Source: Bacteroidota bacterium
GTDB taxonomy: Bacteria; Bacteroidota; Bacteroidia; Chitinophagales; Chitinophagaceae
Reading direction: 5' to 3'
DNA: 64,000 nucleotides
Assembly (NCBI GenBank): GCA_031377245.1
Contig: JANMEU010000004.1
Span: forward strand, 60,359-124,358
Of this stretch, positions 1 through 8,951 are shown piece after piece (the stretch's first letter is position 1; each line of letters starts with the position of its first letter). A program made the position numbers and the translations under genes. A model generated the notes under the pieces. The model did no database searches. It worked only from the letters and a program-made list of their open reading frames with translations, and was not told the DNA's origin.

Positions 1-264
1 TGTATAGGGTGGTTAAGTCCTCTTTAGCCCAGCAGCATCTTCTGCACATAATGTTGCGTAAACTACTTTTTAAACACCATTGAAATACCCAAAATACCTA
101 CACAAAAACCATTATTGGTAAAAAAAGAAAATGTTTAATGTACCATAAACCAAGGCAACGTTTTATTACCAACTTTTCTACTTAATAATTTTACAGTATA
201 AAAAAATTGGCTGGTTATTTGTATATAGTTTAAATAATTTATCTTTTCATTTTTAATCATACGT

Positions 265-777
265 ATGAACAAGATTTTTTTACTTAGAATGCCCTTTAGA
301 ATAACGATTTTTTTATTATTCTTGCAGCTGGCCACTTACGCTCAACTAAAACCACTTGCAAAAGTATATTGCTATTATACTGTACGTTTTCCGGGTAATG
401 TACCCGTTGATTTAAATGGTAATATTAGAAAAGTGCAACCCGATACTACCCTTTTTATTTATGCAGTAACTACAACTAAACGTATTAATTGGAAAAACTT
501 TTGGTACAATGGCAAGTTCTATGCAGTATCTTCTCAACGTATTATTTCTGTTCCTTTTGCTGTTGGAACAACTAAAGCAGAGAGAAAAGAAGTCTCTATC
601 AATACGGTAAAAGGGAATTATTTGTGGCAATTAAGTTTGGCGCTTTCTCCATTGCAGAAACCAACTCCAAAAGCTTATAAAAAAAGTAAACTACTATTGT
701 GTGGAAATAATAAAGGAAAAAACTTTTTTATAACCACCGATAAGTCTATTGAACTTTATACTGTTCCTTCGCAGTAA
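265..777 (+). CDS. Hypothetical secreted protein
   Basis: 170-aa ORF with hydrophobic signal-like N-terminus ending ATYA-Q; no recognisable catalytic motif. Confidence 0.6.
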   Translation: MNKIFLLRMPFRITIFLLFLQLATYAQLKPLAKVYCYYTVRFPGNVPVDLNGNIRKVQPDTTLFIYAVTTTKRINWKNFWYNGKFYAVSSQRIISVPFAVGTTKAERKEVSINTVKGNYLWQLSLALSPLQKPTPKAYKKSKLLLCGNNKGKNFFITTDKSIELYTVPSQ

Positions 778-871
778 ATTTCTGCTCAGCAACTTTCCTG
801 CAAAAACCTTGCATAAACTTCTTTTTAAAAACAAATGCAACGTCCATAGCCATTAAACTAAAACCATGGGG

Positions 872-879
872 TAACTTTG
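872..879 (+). promoter_or_regulatory. Bacteroidota sigma70 -7 element TAACTTTG
   Basis: Matches TAnnTTTG, 18 nt upstream of the ATG at 898. Confidence 0.6.
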
Positions 880-897
880 CTAAAAAAATAAAGAAAA

Positions 898-1614
898 ATG
901 TACAAGTATTTAATGGCAATTTTATTTTTTATTCCAAGTATTGTACAAGGGCAAAACGCTGATTTAGGCACTTGGAATATTTTAAATTTAAAATACAACG
1001 TGGATACTAAATGGAGTGTTTTTGGCGAAGCTCAATTACGATCCTTAAAATTTTACAACAACTTTCATTATTACGAATATAAAGGTGGCGTTAACTACAA
1101 GGTTAGTAAAAACCTTAAGTTATCGTTGGGTGCTGGTAGTTACCAAACCTATAAAGAAGGCGGAGATTTTGTTTTACCTAAAAACAATAATGAATTTAGA
1201 ATTTGGCCTCAAGTTATTCTTTTTCAATCCATAGGAAAAGTAAAAATAGAACAGCGTTATCGTGCCGAATTAAGGTTTACAAGCAGTGGCTACCGCAATC
1301 GTTTTAGGTACAGACTTGGCGCTTCGTACCCTTTTGGAAAAGAAAGAAAGGAGTACAAACCTTTTCAACTTAGTGCTAGTAATGAATTATTTTTTACAGA
1401 CAGGGAGCCTTATTTTGAACGAAACAGACTATTACTTGCCTTTACCTACAAACCATCAAAAGCAACCAGTTTGCAAGTAGGTTATTTACATCAGTTCGAC
1501 TATAAAATTAATGATGAAACGGGTCGTGACTTTTTTCAACTAGGTTATTTTATAGAACTGTTTAGAAAGACAGCTCCAAACACCATTATGGATACCGACA
1601 TCAAAGACAATTAA
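898..1614 (+). CDS. DUF2490-type outer-membrane beta-barrel protein
   Basis: Signal peptide; alternating aromatic beta-strand pattern; EQRYRAE and RFRYRL motifs typical of DUF2490. Confidence 0.8.
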   Translation: MYKYLMAILFFIPSIVQGQNADLGTWNILNLKYNVDTKWSVFGEAQLRSLKFYNNFHYYEYKGGVNYKVSKNLKLSLGAGSYQTYKEGGDFVLPKNNNEFRIWPQVILFQSIGKVKIEQRYRAELRFTSSGYRNRFRYRLGASYPFGKERKEYKPFQLSASNELFFTDREPYFERNRLLLAFTYKPSKATSLQVGYLHQFDYKINDETGRDFFQLGYFIELFRKTAPNTIMDTDIKDN

Positions 1615-1809
1615 ATAAAACACAAAAAATAATAATTTACTTGGGCTTACAAAAACGCCAGTAAATAATTGGGTTTTCTTGTCAGTAGTATTTCTTATAC
1701 ATAGCCTAAACTGCTTTTAATAACAACCAAACTGTACAACTATAAAAAAAAGTTTTCTTTCTTGTAATAAATCATTTACTCGTGCCACTTATATATAAAA
1801 TACACGATT

Positions 1810-2079
1810 ATGAAACAGGAATTATCAACTGAAACTACTCCAAAATTTACCCCGTTTAACCGATACGCTTATGTAGGTTTTTTGGTACTTGTTATTTACC
1901 TTTTTATAAAAGGCGATTACGAGTGGGCATTTGCCAACCTTGGTATTGCATTGGTGTTTGATCCGTTTGACCCATCGGTTAAATGGCAGCAACGACCTAT
2001 GTATCAAAAAGTATGGCTGCTGGTGCATTTAGCCCTCACATTTGCAGGTTTATTTTATACCATCTTTCTAAAAAACTAA
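1810..2079 (+). CDS. Small membrane protein
   Basis: 89 aa, about three hydrophobic segments, ALxFDPFD...WQQRP.YQK motif. Confidence 0.65.
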   Translation: MKQELSTETTPKFTPFNRYAYVGFLVLVIYLFIKGDYEWAFANLGIALVFDPFDPSVKWQQRPMYQKVWLLVHLALTFAGLFYTIFLKN

Positions 2080-2104
2080 ACATCCCTTTTAAAAATTTAA
2101 AGAA

Positions 2105-2992
2105 ATGAAAAGAAATTTTATACTGGCAGTGCTATGCCTATCATGGTCATTACTTGTAGTAGCGCAACAAAACAACACCGCCAATGCATTACTTTGGAAA
2201 GTTAGCGGCAACGGATTAAAAAAACCATCTTACCTTTTTGGTACCTATCACTTTTTTTCCAGCGGATTTGTAGATACCATGCAAGCGGTAACAAAAGCAT
2301 ATGCAGCAAGCGATGCTGTTGTGGGAGAATTGGTTATTGATAGCAACATACAAACCTCCATGATGGAAGCCTCCATGCTAAAGGGAACAACACTGCAAAA
2401 AGAATTACCCGATACCCTTTACACAAAAGTAAGCAAATGGTTTAAAGAAGAGGCTGCATTTGATATTGCACAACTAAACCAGGTTAGTCCATTTGCTGTG
2501 ATGTCTTTTGCAATGGGTATTACACAGCAAAAGTATTTTCCTACTAAAAAAGGAGAAGTACAATTGGATACGTATTTTCAGCAAGCAGCAAAAAAGGATG
2601 GGAAAAAAGTATTGGGTTTAGAAACTATACAAATGGAAATAAACGCCATTTTTGGACAGATGACCCTACAAAGGCAGGTAGAGCTTTTAAGCGAATTGTT
2701 GAATGAAAAGGATGGATTGAAACGAATGATTGGCATTATGAATACTGCCTACACTACACAAAACCTGAGTGAGCTACAACAATTAATGTATGGTAATAGT
2801 TATAAGCCCAATGAGCTAAAAGCATTGTTGGATGACCGTAATAATTATTGGATGCAGCAACTACCAAATTTGATGAAAGAACAAGCTTTGTTTGTTGCTG
2901 TAGGAGCTTTACATTTGGTAGGTAAAACTGGGTTGATTAATCAATTAAAAGAGATGGGTTACACCATAACACCAGTAAATACAAAAAATTAG
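2105..2992 (+). CDS. TraB/GumN (TIKI-like) family secreted protein
   Basis: Signal peptide; LLWKVSGNGL..PSYLFGTYH, GLET, RN..W and AVGALHL motifs. Confidence 0.85.
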   Translation: MKRNFILAVLCLSWSLLVVAQQNNTANALLWKVSGNGLKKPSYLFGTYHFFSSGFVDTMQAVTKAYAASDAVVGELVIDSNIQTSMMEASMLKGTTLQKELPDTLYTKVSKWFKEEAAFDIAQLNQVSPFAVMSFAMGITQQKYFPTKKGEVQLDTYFQQAAKKDGKKVLGLETIQMEINAIFGQMTLQRQVELLSELLNEKDGLKRMIGIMNTAYTTQNLSELQQLMYGNSYKPNELKALLDDRNNYWMQQLPNLMKEQALFVAVGALHLVGKTGLINQLKEMGYTITPVNTKN

Positions 2993-3465
2993 TGAGCGAA
3001 AAAGAATTTTTGTCACAGCTTAAAGAGCACCAGAATATCATTTATAAGCTGGTGCATCTTTATGCAAATTCAGAAGAGGACAAAAAGGATTTATACCAAG
3101 AGATTGTATTGCAAGCATGGAAAACGTACTCAGCTTTTAGAGGCGAAGCAAAGTTTAGCACCTGGTTATATCGCCTTTGTTTAAACACCATTTTTACTTT
3201 TCAACGAAAAACAAACCGGATTGAATATACCGATACCTTAAAGTATGAGCAGCAATATTCATCCACATCAACCTCCGACGAAGCAGAGCGATTGTACAAA
3301 GCCATCCGTACACTTCCCGAAACGGAAAGAGCTGTAATATCGCTGCATTTAGATGGGTACGACAATAAAGAAGTAAGCGAGCTAATAGGCATAACATCAA
3401 ATTTGGTGGGCGTAAAACTTCACCGGATTAAACAACATTTGGCAACACTTTTAAAAGATATATAA
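2992..3465 (+). CDS. ECF RNA polymerase sigma factor
   Basis: DLYQEIVLQAWK, FRGEAKFSTWLYR (region 2) and region 4 HTH; GTG start overlaps the upstream TAG by 1 nt. Confidence 0.92.
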   Translation: MSEKEFLSQLKEHQNIIYKLVHLYANSEEDKKDLYQEIVLQAWKTYSAFRGEAKFSTWLYRLCLNTIFTFQRKTNRIEYTDTLKYEQQYSSTSTSDEAERLYKAIRTLPETERAVISLHLDGYDNKEVSELIGITSNLVGVKLHRIKQHLATLLKDI

Positions 3466-4070
3466 TGAACATCAAAAATATATGGGACCAACCCAGCGGA
3501 AGTGATACCGAATTGAATAAACTATTTGAGCAAAAAGATTTTAGAAACCTTCAATCCAAATTACCTTTAGAAAAATTAAAGAAAAATCTTTTCATGAGTT
3601 TACTATTGGCTATTCTTATTACTGCCGTTTATCTGCCCTTATTTTACTTCATCCATATTTGGCAGGTTCAAGTAGCTTTGTGTATTGGCATACTCTTCAA
3701 TATTTTTGTAGGGGTTGATACCTGGAAATTGTATAAGAACATCAATGTAAACGTTTCCACAACAAACTCATTAAAAGACGAGCTGCAAAAAAACTATTCA
3801 AGCTTTCAAAAGTGGTGGCGTATACAAGAAAGGTTGGGTTTATTTGTTTATCCCATAGCAGCAACCGGTGGTTTTATATTAGGTGGTGTTGAGGGTTCGG
3901 GCAAATCGGTAGAAGCATTTTTATACAATCCAAAAATGTTGCTTGTACTCTTAGTTACGCTGTTAGTTTTAGTTCCATTATGCTATTTTGGAGCAAAATG
4001 GATGTTCAACTTTGCTTATGGCAAACACTTGAAAAAACTAAAGGCAACCATTGATGAATTGAACGATTAA
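3465..4070 (+). CDS. Membrane protein, putative anti-sigma factor
   Basis: Start overlaps the sigma stop (TAATG); short soluble N-terminus then about four TM segments. Confidence 0.6.
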   Translation: MNIKNIWDQPSGSDTELNKLFEQKDFRNLQSKLPLEKLKKNLFMSLLLAILITAVYLPLFYFIHIWQVQVALCIGILFNIFVGVDTWKLYKNINVNVSTTNSLKDELQKNYSSFQKWWRIQERLGLFVYPIAATGGFILGGVEGSGKSVEAFLYNPKMLLVLLVTLLVLVPLCYFGAKWMFNFAYGKHLKKLKATIDELND

Positions 4071-4109
4071 TTTTAAACAGGTTAACTTTAAACTGTACAA
4101 TATTTAACT

Positions 4110-4913
4110 ATGATACAAAAATTAAATCTTGCATCACCTTTAAAAAGCCCACCGTTTAATAACAAAAGAAGCAGCATGCTACCCATTAAATTTGCCCTAC
4201 TTTTTATTTTTTTTGTGGGCACTAGTTTTGCACAATCAAAAAATACTAAACTTAACATCTCACCTTTAAAAGGCGACTTTTATATTTATACAACGTACAA
4301 TACTTACGAAGGAAGTAAAGTGCCTGCTAATGGAATGTATGTAGTAACTAACAAAGGCGTTATACTTTTTGATACCCCTTGGGATACCACACAATTTCAA
4401 CCGTTGCTGGATAGTATTAAATTAAGACATAACAAAAGTGTTGTATTATGCATTGCCACACATTGGCATAGCGATAGAACAGAAGGACTTGAATACTATA
4501 GGAAACAAGGAATTAAAACCTACACCACTTTTTTAACAGATGAATTAAGTAAAAAGAATGGTAAAAAAAGAGCTGAATTTTTAATTGCAAAAGATACCGT
4601 GTTTAATGTTGAGCCATACATTTTTGAAACCTATTACCCAGGCCAAGGGCATACGGCAGACAATATTGTTGTTTGGTTTAATAAAAAAAAAATACTTTAC
4701 GGTGGTTGTTTAATAAAAGGTGCAGAGGCTGAAGATTTGGGTTACTTAGGAGATGGTAATGTGTTGGAGTACGAAACCACCCTTAAAAATGTGCAAAAAA
4801 AATATCCTAATCCAACATTTATAATTGTATCCCATCACAACTGGACTAATAAAAATTCATTGAAGCATTCAATAAAGATGGCAAAGAAATTGAAAAAGGA
4901 AAATAACCGTTAA
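4110..4913 (+). CDS. bla: Subclass B1 metallo-beta-lactamase (BlaB/IND-like); true start probably ATG 4176
   Basis: Full B1 zinc-ligand set: THWHSDR (H116/H118/D120), GHT (H196), YGGCLIK (C221), VSHH (H263); signal peptide from Met at 4176. Confidence 0.9.
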   Translation: MIQKLNLASPLKSPPFNNKRSSMLPIKFALLFIFFVGTSFAQSKNTKLNISPLKGDFYIYTTYNTYEGSKVPANGMYVVTNKGVILFDTPWDTTQFQPLLDSIKLRHNKSVVLCIATHWHSDRTEGLEYYRKQGIKTYTTFLTDELSKKNGKKRAEFLIAKDTVFNVEPYIFETYYPGQGHTADNIVVWFNKKKILYGGCLIKGAEAEDLGYLGDGNVLEYETTLKNVQKKYPNPTFIIVSHHNWTNKNSLKHSIKMAKKLKKENNR

Positions 4914-4953
4914 ATTGGATAAGTAATAGGAACTAATGAAATAGCTAGTTTAG

Positions 4954-5889
4954 TTAGGCAACTTGTGCTGCTTTGTTTCGTATAGCTCCGTACATGTCGT
5001 ACATAATTTGCATATGCGGTGCAGTAAGTACTGCCAAGCCTAAAAATATATACCCTGCAACCGAATTTTTATTTATAAACATAAACCCAGTTAAGCCAAA
5101 TAAGCCAATACCTACAATGGCTAAAAGGCTATAGATTACTATTTGCTTTATAATTGTTTTATGTGAAAATGTATTTTGTTTGGTTAAAAAAGTTACAATA
5201 TTATTTAAGGATAATACAGAGTGCCATACCACAAAATAAAAAGTAAAGCCCAATAACATAGGTAAATTAAATAGTATGAAAATTATACAGGCAAAAAGAA
5301 CTAAAAATTCACCCTTATCGTTTTTGTCAAAATGCTTATTCCTTAAAAAATAAATAAACGTTGAGGTAAAAAACAAAATTCCTATAATAGAAATAATATA
5401 ATATCTGTTTAAACTTATCCAATTAATAATGGCCACATTTTTTTTACCTGATTCAAACAATTGATAAATGGGCATTACGTCATCAAAATGATGGAGTAGT
5501 ATTACACTTAAAATGACTAACCCATAAGATAGTACAAAGAGTTTTCCTAAGAGTGTATCGGTTTTAAATTGATGTAAATCTGTTTCGCCAAAATGATAGG
5601 CAGCAAAAAAAATAAAAAGTAAGTTACCAGCAACAGGAAATAAAAATAAGGTAATAGCAAATATGGCTAGCTTGCCTATATATACTATAAAGAAATATTT
5701 TTTTGAAAACGTTTTTGCAGTTTCGTCTGCATTTCTTTCGGCTACAAGTAAATCTGCAGCGCCATGGGGTACGCCAAGTAGTAGAATTCCAATAATAAAA
5801 ATTATGAATTGTGTATTAGTTTCTATGGGTACAATATAATGTTGTACAAGAAGTAAAAGAACACCAAGAATTAATAATACAATTTTCAT
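4954..5889 (-). CDS. blh: Brp/Blh beta-carotene 15,15'-dioxygenase (retinal synthesis)
   Basis: GVPHGAAD, AAYHFGETD, VVWHSVLSL and TAPHM His motifs; polytopic membrane protein directly downstream of the rhodopsin. Confidence 0.9.
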   Translation of the reverse strand: MKIVLLILGVLLLLVQHYIVPIETNTQFIIFIIGILLLGVPHGAADLLVAERNADETAKTFSKKYFFIVYIGKLAIFAITLFLFPVAGNLLFIFFAAYHFGETDLHQFKTDTLLGKLFVLSYGLVILSVILLHHFDDVMPIYQLFESGKKNVAIINWISLNRYYIISIIGILFFTSTFIYFLRNKHFDKNDKGEFLVLFACIIFILFNLPMLLGFTFYFVVWHSVLSLNNIVTFLTKQNTFSHKTIIKQIVIYSLLAIVGIGLFGLTGFMFINKNSVAGYIFLGLAVLTAPHMQIMYDMYGAIRNKAAQVA

Positions 5890-5913
5890 ACTACTTAAAT
5901 ATATATTAGTAAT

Positions 5914-5948
5914 AAAAAAAAGGTGTGATAAAATTTATCACACCTTTT
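5914..5948 (-). terminator. Intrinsic terminator between rhodopsin and blh
   Basis: Perfect 15-bp inverted repeat AAAAGGTGTGATAAA-A-TTTATCACACCTTTT (5918-5948); U-tract on the minus strand. Confidence 0.8.
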
Positions 5949-5957
5949 AAATAAATA

Positions 5958-6698
5958 TTAAGCATTTTGTGTGCTACTCTTGTCTGATACTGCTAAAGCA
6001 TATATCACTAAACCAAAACCAATTTTATTGATGGCATCACCAATGTTATATACAACATCCATTGATAAACCTTGGAATACTTTCATTCCAAATAATCCAC
6101 CTTCTGTACCAGCAATGTATCCAATTGGATAAATAGCCCAACCAACTAGTACAAACCATCCAAGCGTTTTTACTGCTTTTTGTACAGCAGGACCAGCGTT
6201 ACGAGCAAGATTTGCTACTTCGCCGAACCATACTAAGTACACTATGTAGAAATAAGCGATACCGCTAAGTAAACCCCAAATCCAACTTTGAGTTTCTTTA
6301 CCATAAACAGCCTCACCAATGTAACCTGTTACAAGCATAACTACAGAAGCAAAAATTAATTGCCAAAGTAATGCAATTTTTGCACCTGCTTTTTTAGTGA
6401 TTAAATAAAACTCAACACACATTAACGGAACGGTTAAAATCCAGTCAACGTAACGGAAGAATATTGGTGATTCTCCAGTTTCTAAATTGTAGCCTCTCAT
6501 GTAATAGTAGTGAACAGCAGCAATAAACGTAATTAAGCCAGAAACAAGTATTGATGTTCTCCATTTTTTGTCCACATTAGACATTTCAAAGAAGAAAAAA
6601 ACACAAGCGGCCATCATTGCCATAGTGCCTACAAAGAATGTAAAGGCAACGTAGTTGTTGTTTGCAATTGCATGTACTTGCAATAAATTTTTAAACAT
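5958..6698 (-). CDS. Proteorhodopsin-type light-driven proton pump (DTE motif, green-tuned Met, fenestration Gly)
   Basis: Helix C RYVDWILTVPLMCVE gives D85/T89/E96 and M93; H63 in AAVHYYYM; retinal Lys in DAINKIGFG (D221/K225); G142 aligns with GPR F152. Confidence 0.96.
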   Translation of the reverse strand: MFKNLLQVHAIANNNYVAFTFFVGTMAMMAACVFFFFEMSNVDKKWRTSILVSGLITFIAAVHYYYMRGYNLETGESPIFFRYVDWILTVPLMCVEFYLITKKAGAKIALLWQLIFASVVMLVTGYIGEAVYGKETQSWIWGLLSGIAYFYIVYLVWFGEVANLARNAGPAVQKAVKTLGWFVLVGWAIYPIGYIAGTEGGLFGMKVFQGLSMDVVYNIGDAINKIGFGLVIYALAVSDKSSTQNA

Positions 6699-6739
6699 AG
6701 TCAGTTTTTTTTAAATTAAACAATATAACAGTTGAATAA

Positions 6740-6747
6740 CAAATGTA
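6740..6747 (-). promoter_or_regulatory. -7 element TACATTTG for the rhodopsin gene
   Basis: Plus-strand CAAATGTA, 41 nt upstream of the start codon; no clear -33 element. Confidence 0.55.
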
Positions 6748-7115
6748 TGGAGGGATGGTTTAAATTAATGGAACTATTTTATGAAATAATTAAATGTTAT
6801 TGTTTTTTGTGTAATGTTGAAAAAAAATATTTGATTTTATTTAAACAAAAAGATAAACTTTTATCATTTAACGGGTTCGTAATTTGTTAAATTCGTTTGT
6901 TTGAAAGGGATTCAAGTAATCGGTTAATAGCTTTCTTCTTTTTTATAAATTTTTTTTTCGTTAGTTTTATAAAAGTTGTTGAAAAAATATGATTAGGTAT
7001 TGCTTTTCTTTAAACAAAAAAATAAAATGAATAGTTTACCGAGTAACTGTATTGTTACTTTGTGTAGTTAGCGTTTGTTATGCCTTAAATATATACTTTA
7101 GTAAAGATAAATTTT

Positions 7116-8198
7116 TTAATACGCCCTTCCAATTGTATCGCATACCGCTTTTAATAATGAATTGCTAGAGTGGTTATCTTGCCCTTTTTCCCACATCATT
7201 ACTCCATTACAACGCTGTAAAGCTAGTTTGGCTTTTAGTTTTGTAGTATACGTACCGTTATAGTAAACCGTATAATTTGCAATACCTCCAGCGGTAACTA
7301 GTGCACTATCTTTTAGCGGATCGCCTCCTTGTGTTAAAATACCATTATAGGTTAATACGGTACCCGTTTGGGTAATACCACTTGGCCTGCCATACGCTGG
7401 TATACCTAGCACACATTTATTTATTGGAGCAGCCCTTGTTGTTAACCAATAGTTTAAACAGGTGTTAGATAACGCTATATCACTATGATGCTTATACGCA
7501 ACTGTTGTGCTAAAATCATCATAAGCCATTACATTAAAAAAATCTACATAACCAAATACTTCATCTTTAATAGCATCTCTTACACTGCCTGCATATTTTC
7601 CTGCTGTAAGCGCTGCGGTTAAATAATATTTAGCATCTCTGTGGCAACTATCACTAAACTCTTTCATTAAAGCTGTGTACGTAACATCTGTACCATTTGT
7701 TGTACGAGGAAACTCCCAATCAACATCTACCCCATTTAAATTATATTGACGAACAATATCCATTACACTTTTTATAAATCCATTTCTTCCTGTTACAGTA
7801 CTAGCCATATTTAACCAATCGGTTTCGCTACCATTTAAACTTATAAAAACTTTTGCTCCGTTAGCTTTTGCTTTTGTAGTAACTGCTGCTAAAATTGATG
7901 GGGCTGCTAGGGTTACTGTACCACTAGTATTTACGGTTGCAAATGCATAATTAACCACATTACACATTCTAAATTTTACATCGGGTACGGTATTAGGATC
8001 TCTATAACTAGGGAAATAACCAACAATATAAGGACCAAAAGCTGGTGGAGGTGTTATAACTATGGTGCCCCCACCCGAGCCTCCTCCACTACCGCCACCA
8101 TTTCCGTTGGACGGAGCAGCTTCTTTTTTACAACTTGTAAAATAAAGGATTAACAATGAGGCAACTAAAAAAAATATTTTTGAAATACTATTTTGCAT
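7116..8198 (-). CDS. GH18 chitinase-like lipoprotein
   Basis: Lipobox LYFTSC; Gly-rich linker; K..ISL.G and DVDWE (DxDxE) catalytic motif; VMAYD; terminal GVMMWE. Confidence 0.9.
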   Translation of the reverse strand: MQNSISKIFFLVASLLILYFTSCKKEAAPSNGNGGGSGGGSGGGTIVITPPPAFGPYIVGYFPSYRDPNTVPDVKFRMCNVVNYAFATVNTSGTVTLAAPSILAAVTTKAKANGAKVFISLNGSETDWLNMASTVTGRNGFIKSVMDIVRQYNLNGVDVDWEFPRTTNGTDVTYTALMKEFSDSCHRDAKYYLTAALTAGKYAGSVRDAIKDEVFGYVDFFNVMAYDDFSTTVAYKHHSDIALSNTCLNYWLTTRAAPINKCVLGIPAYGRPSGITQTGTVLTYNGILTQGGDPLKDSALVTAGGIANYTVYYNGTYTTKLKAKLALQRCNGVMMWEKGQDNHSSNSLLKAVCDTIGRAY

Positions 8199-8281
8199 AT
8201 AACAGTTTTAAAAGGAAAGTTACAATCCTTTTAGTACATTTTTATTGCATGTGTTAAAATAGATGTGTAAATTTACCCTGT

Positions 8282-8815
8282 GTGAAAACAGCACTTACCA
8301 TACTTACTTTTTTTAGTGTATCCATTTTACTTTGCGGCTGCCCTTACAGCTCTCCTTATGGGTTAGACGAGGCTTCAACTATTTATGTACAAGATAATTT
8401 ATTAGGCAAGTGGGCCACCTTTGTAAAAAAACCTGGTTTTGAAAAAGAAGAGCCTGTAAAAGTTATTTTGGGGAGAAAAACAGATACCGAATATACTATT
8501 GCGTTTACCGGCTATTTAAATGAGCTAAAAAGATTTGGTGTAGTTCAATCAGATTCAATAACGGGTACTGCTTTTATGAGTATTATAGGTAACTATCAAT
8601 TTTTAAACATTACCATAAAAGATAAAATTTACATTGCACAATTGGTTGTAAAAGATGAAACCATATCTATACTTCCTTTAGTAGAACATTTTACTGCAAA
8701 AATGGTGCACAGCACACAAGGCTTACGTATAGCTGTTGATTATCATTACAAAATGAGGGTACACCCTATGATAGATGAAGAATTTTGTTTAAAAGATATG
8801 GTTAGGGTGAATTAA
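8282..8815 (+). CDS. Hypothetical lipoprotein (GTG start)
   Basis: Lipobox-like LLCGC after a hydrophobic N-terminus; 177 aa. Confidence 0.6.
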   Translation: MKTALTILTFFSVSILLCGCPYSSPYGLDEASTIYVQDNLLGKWATFVKKPGFEKEEPVKVILGRKTDTEYTIAFTGYLNELKRFGVVQSDSITGTAFMSIIGNYQFLNITIKDKIYIAQLVVKDETISILPLVEHFTAKMVHSTQGLRIAVDYHYKMRVHPMIDEEFCLKDMVRVN

Positions 8816-8830
8816 TTTATAATCTTGACC

Positions 8831-8876
8831 TTGAAAATTTCGAATTGAAAATTAACCAATTGAAAATTCGAAATTT
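8831..8876 (+). repeat. Degenerate TTGAAAATT / GAAAATT-type repeat tract
   Basis: TTGAAAATT at 8831, 8845 and 8860; same core as the AATTTTC heptamers at 41070 and 63792, in opposite orientation. Confidence 0.5.
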
Positions 8877-8951
8877 AATATTAGTTGCATTTGTAACAGT
8901 TGCAATTCCACTACATTTTTGTAATTTGCTTACTCAAAAATTAACGATTGT

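Noticed and set aside
1-335. Possible gene end at the left edge and ORF 135..335(-)
   Set aside because: No frame gives a recognisable protein; the 66-aa ORF is low-complexity, overlaps 265..777 in antisense and has no supporting signals
7116-8198. GH18 lipoprotein as part of a chitin utilisation locus
   Set aside because: No SusC/SusD pair, GH20 or nag genes nearby; treated as a standalone hydrolase
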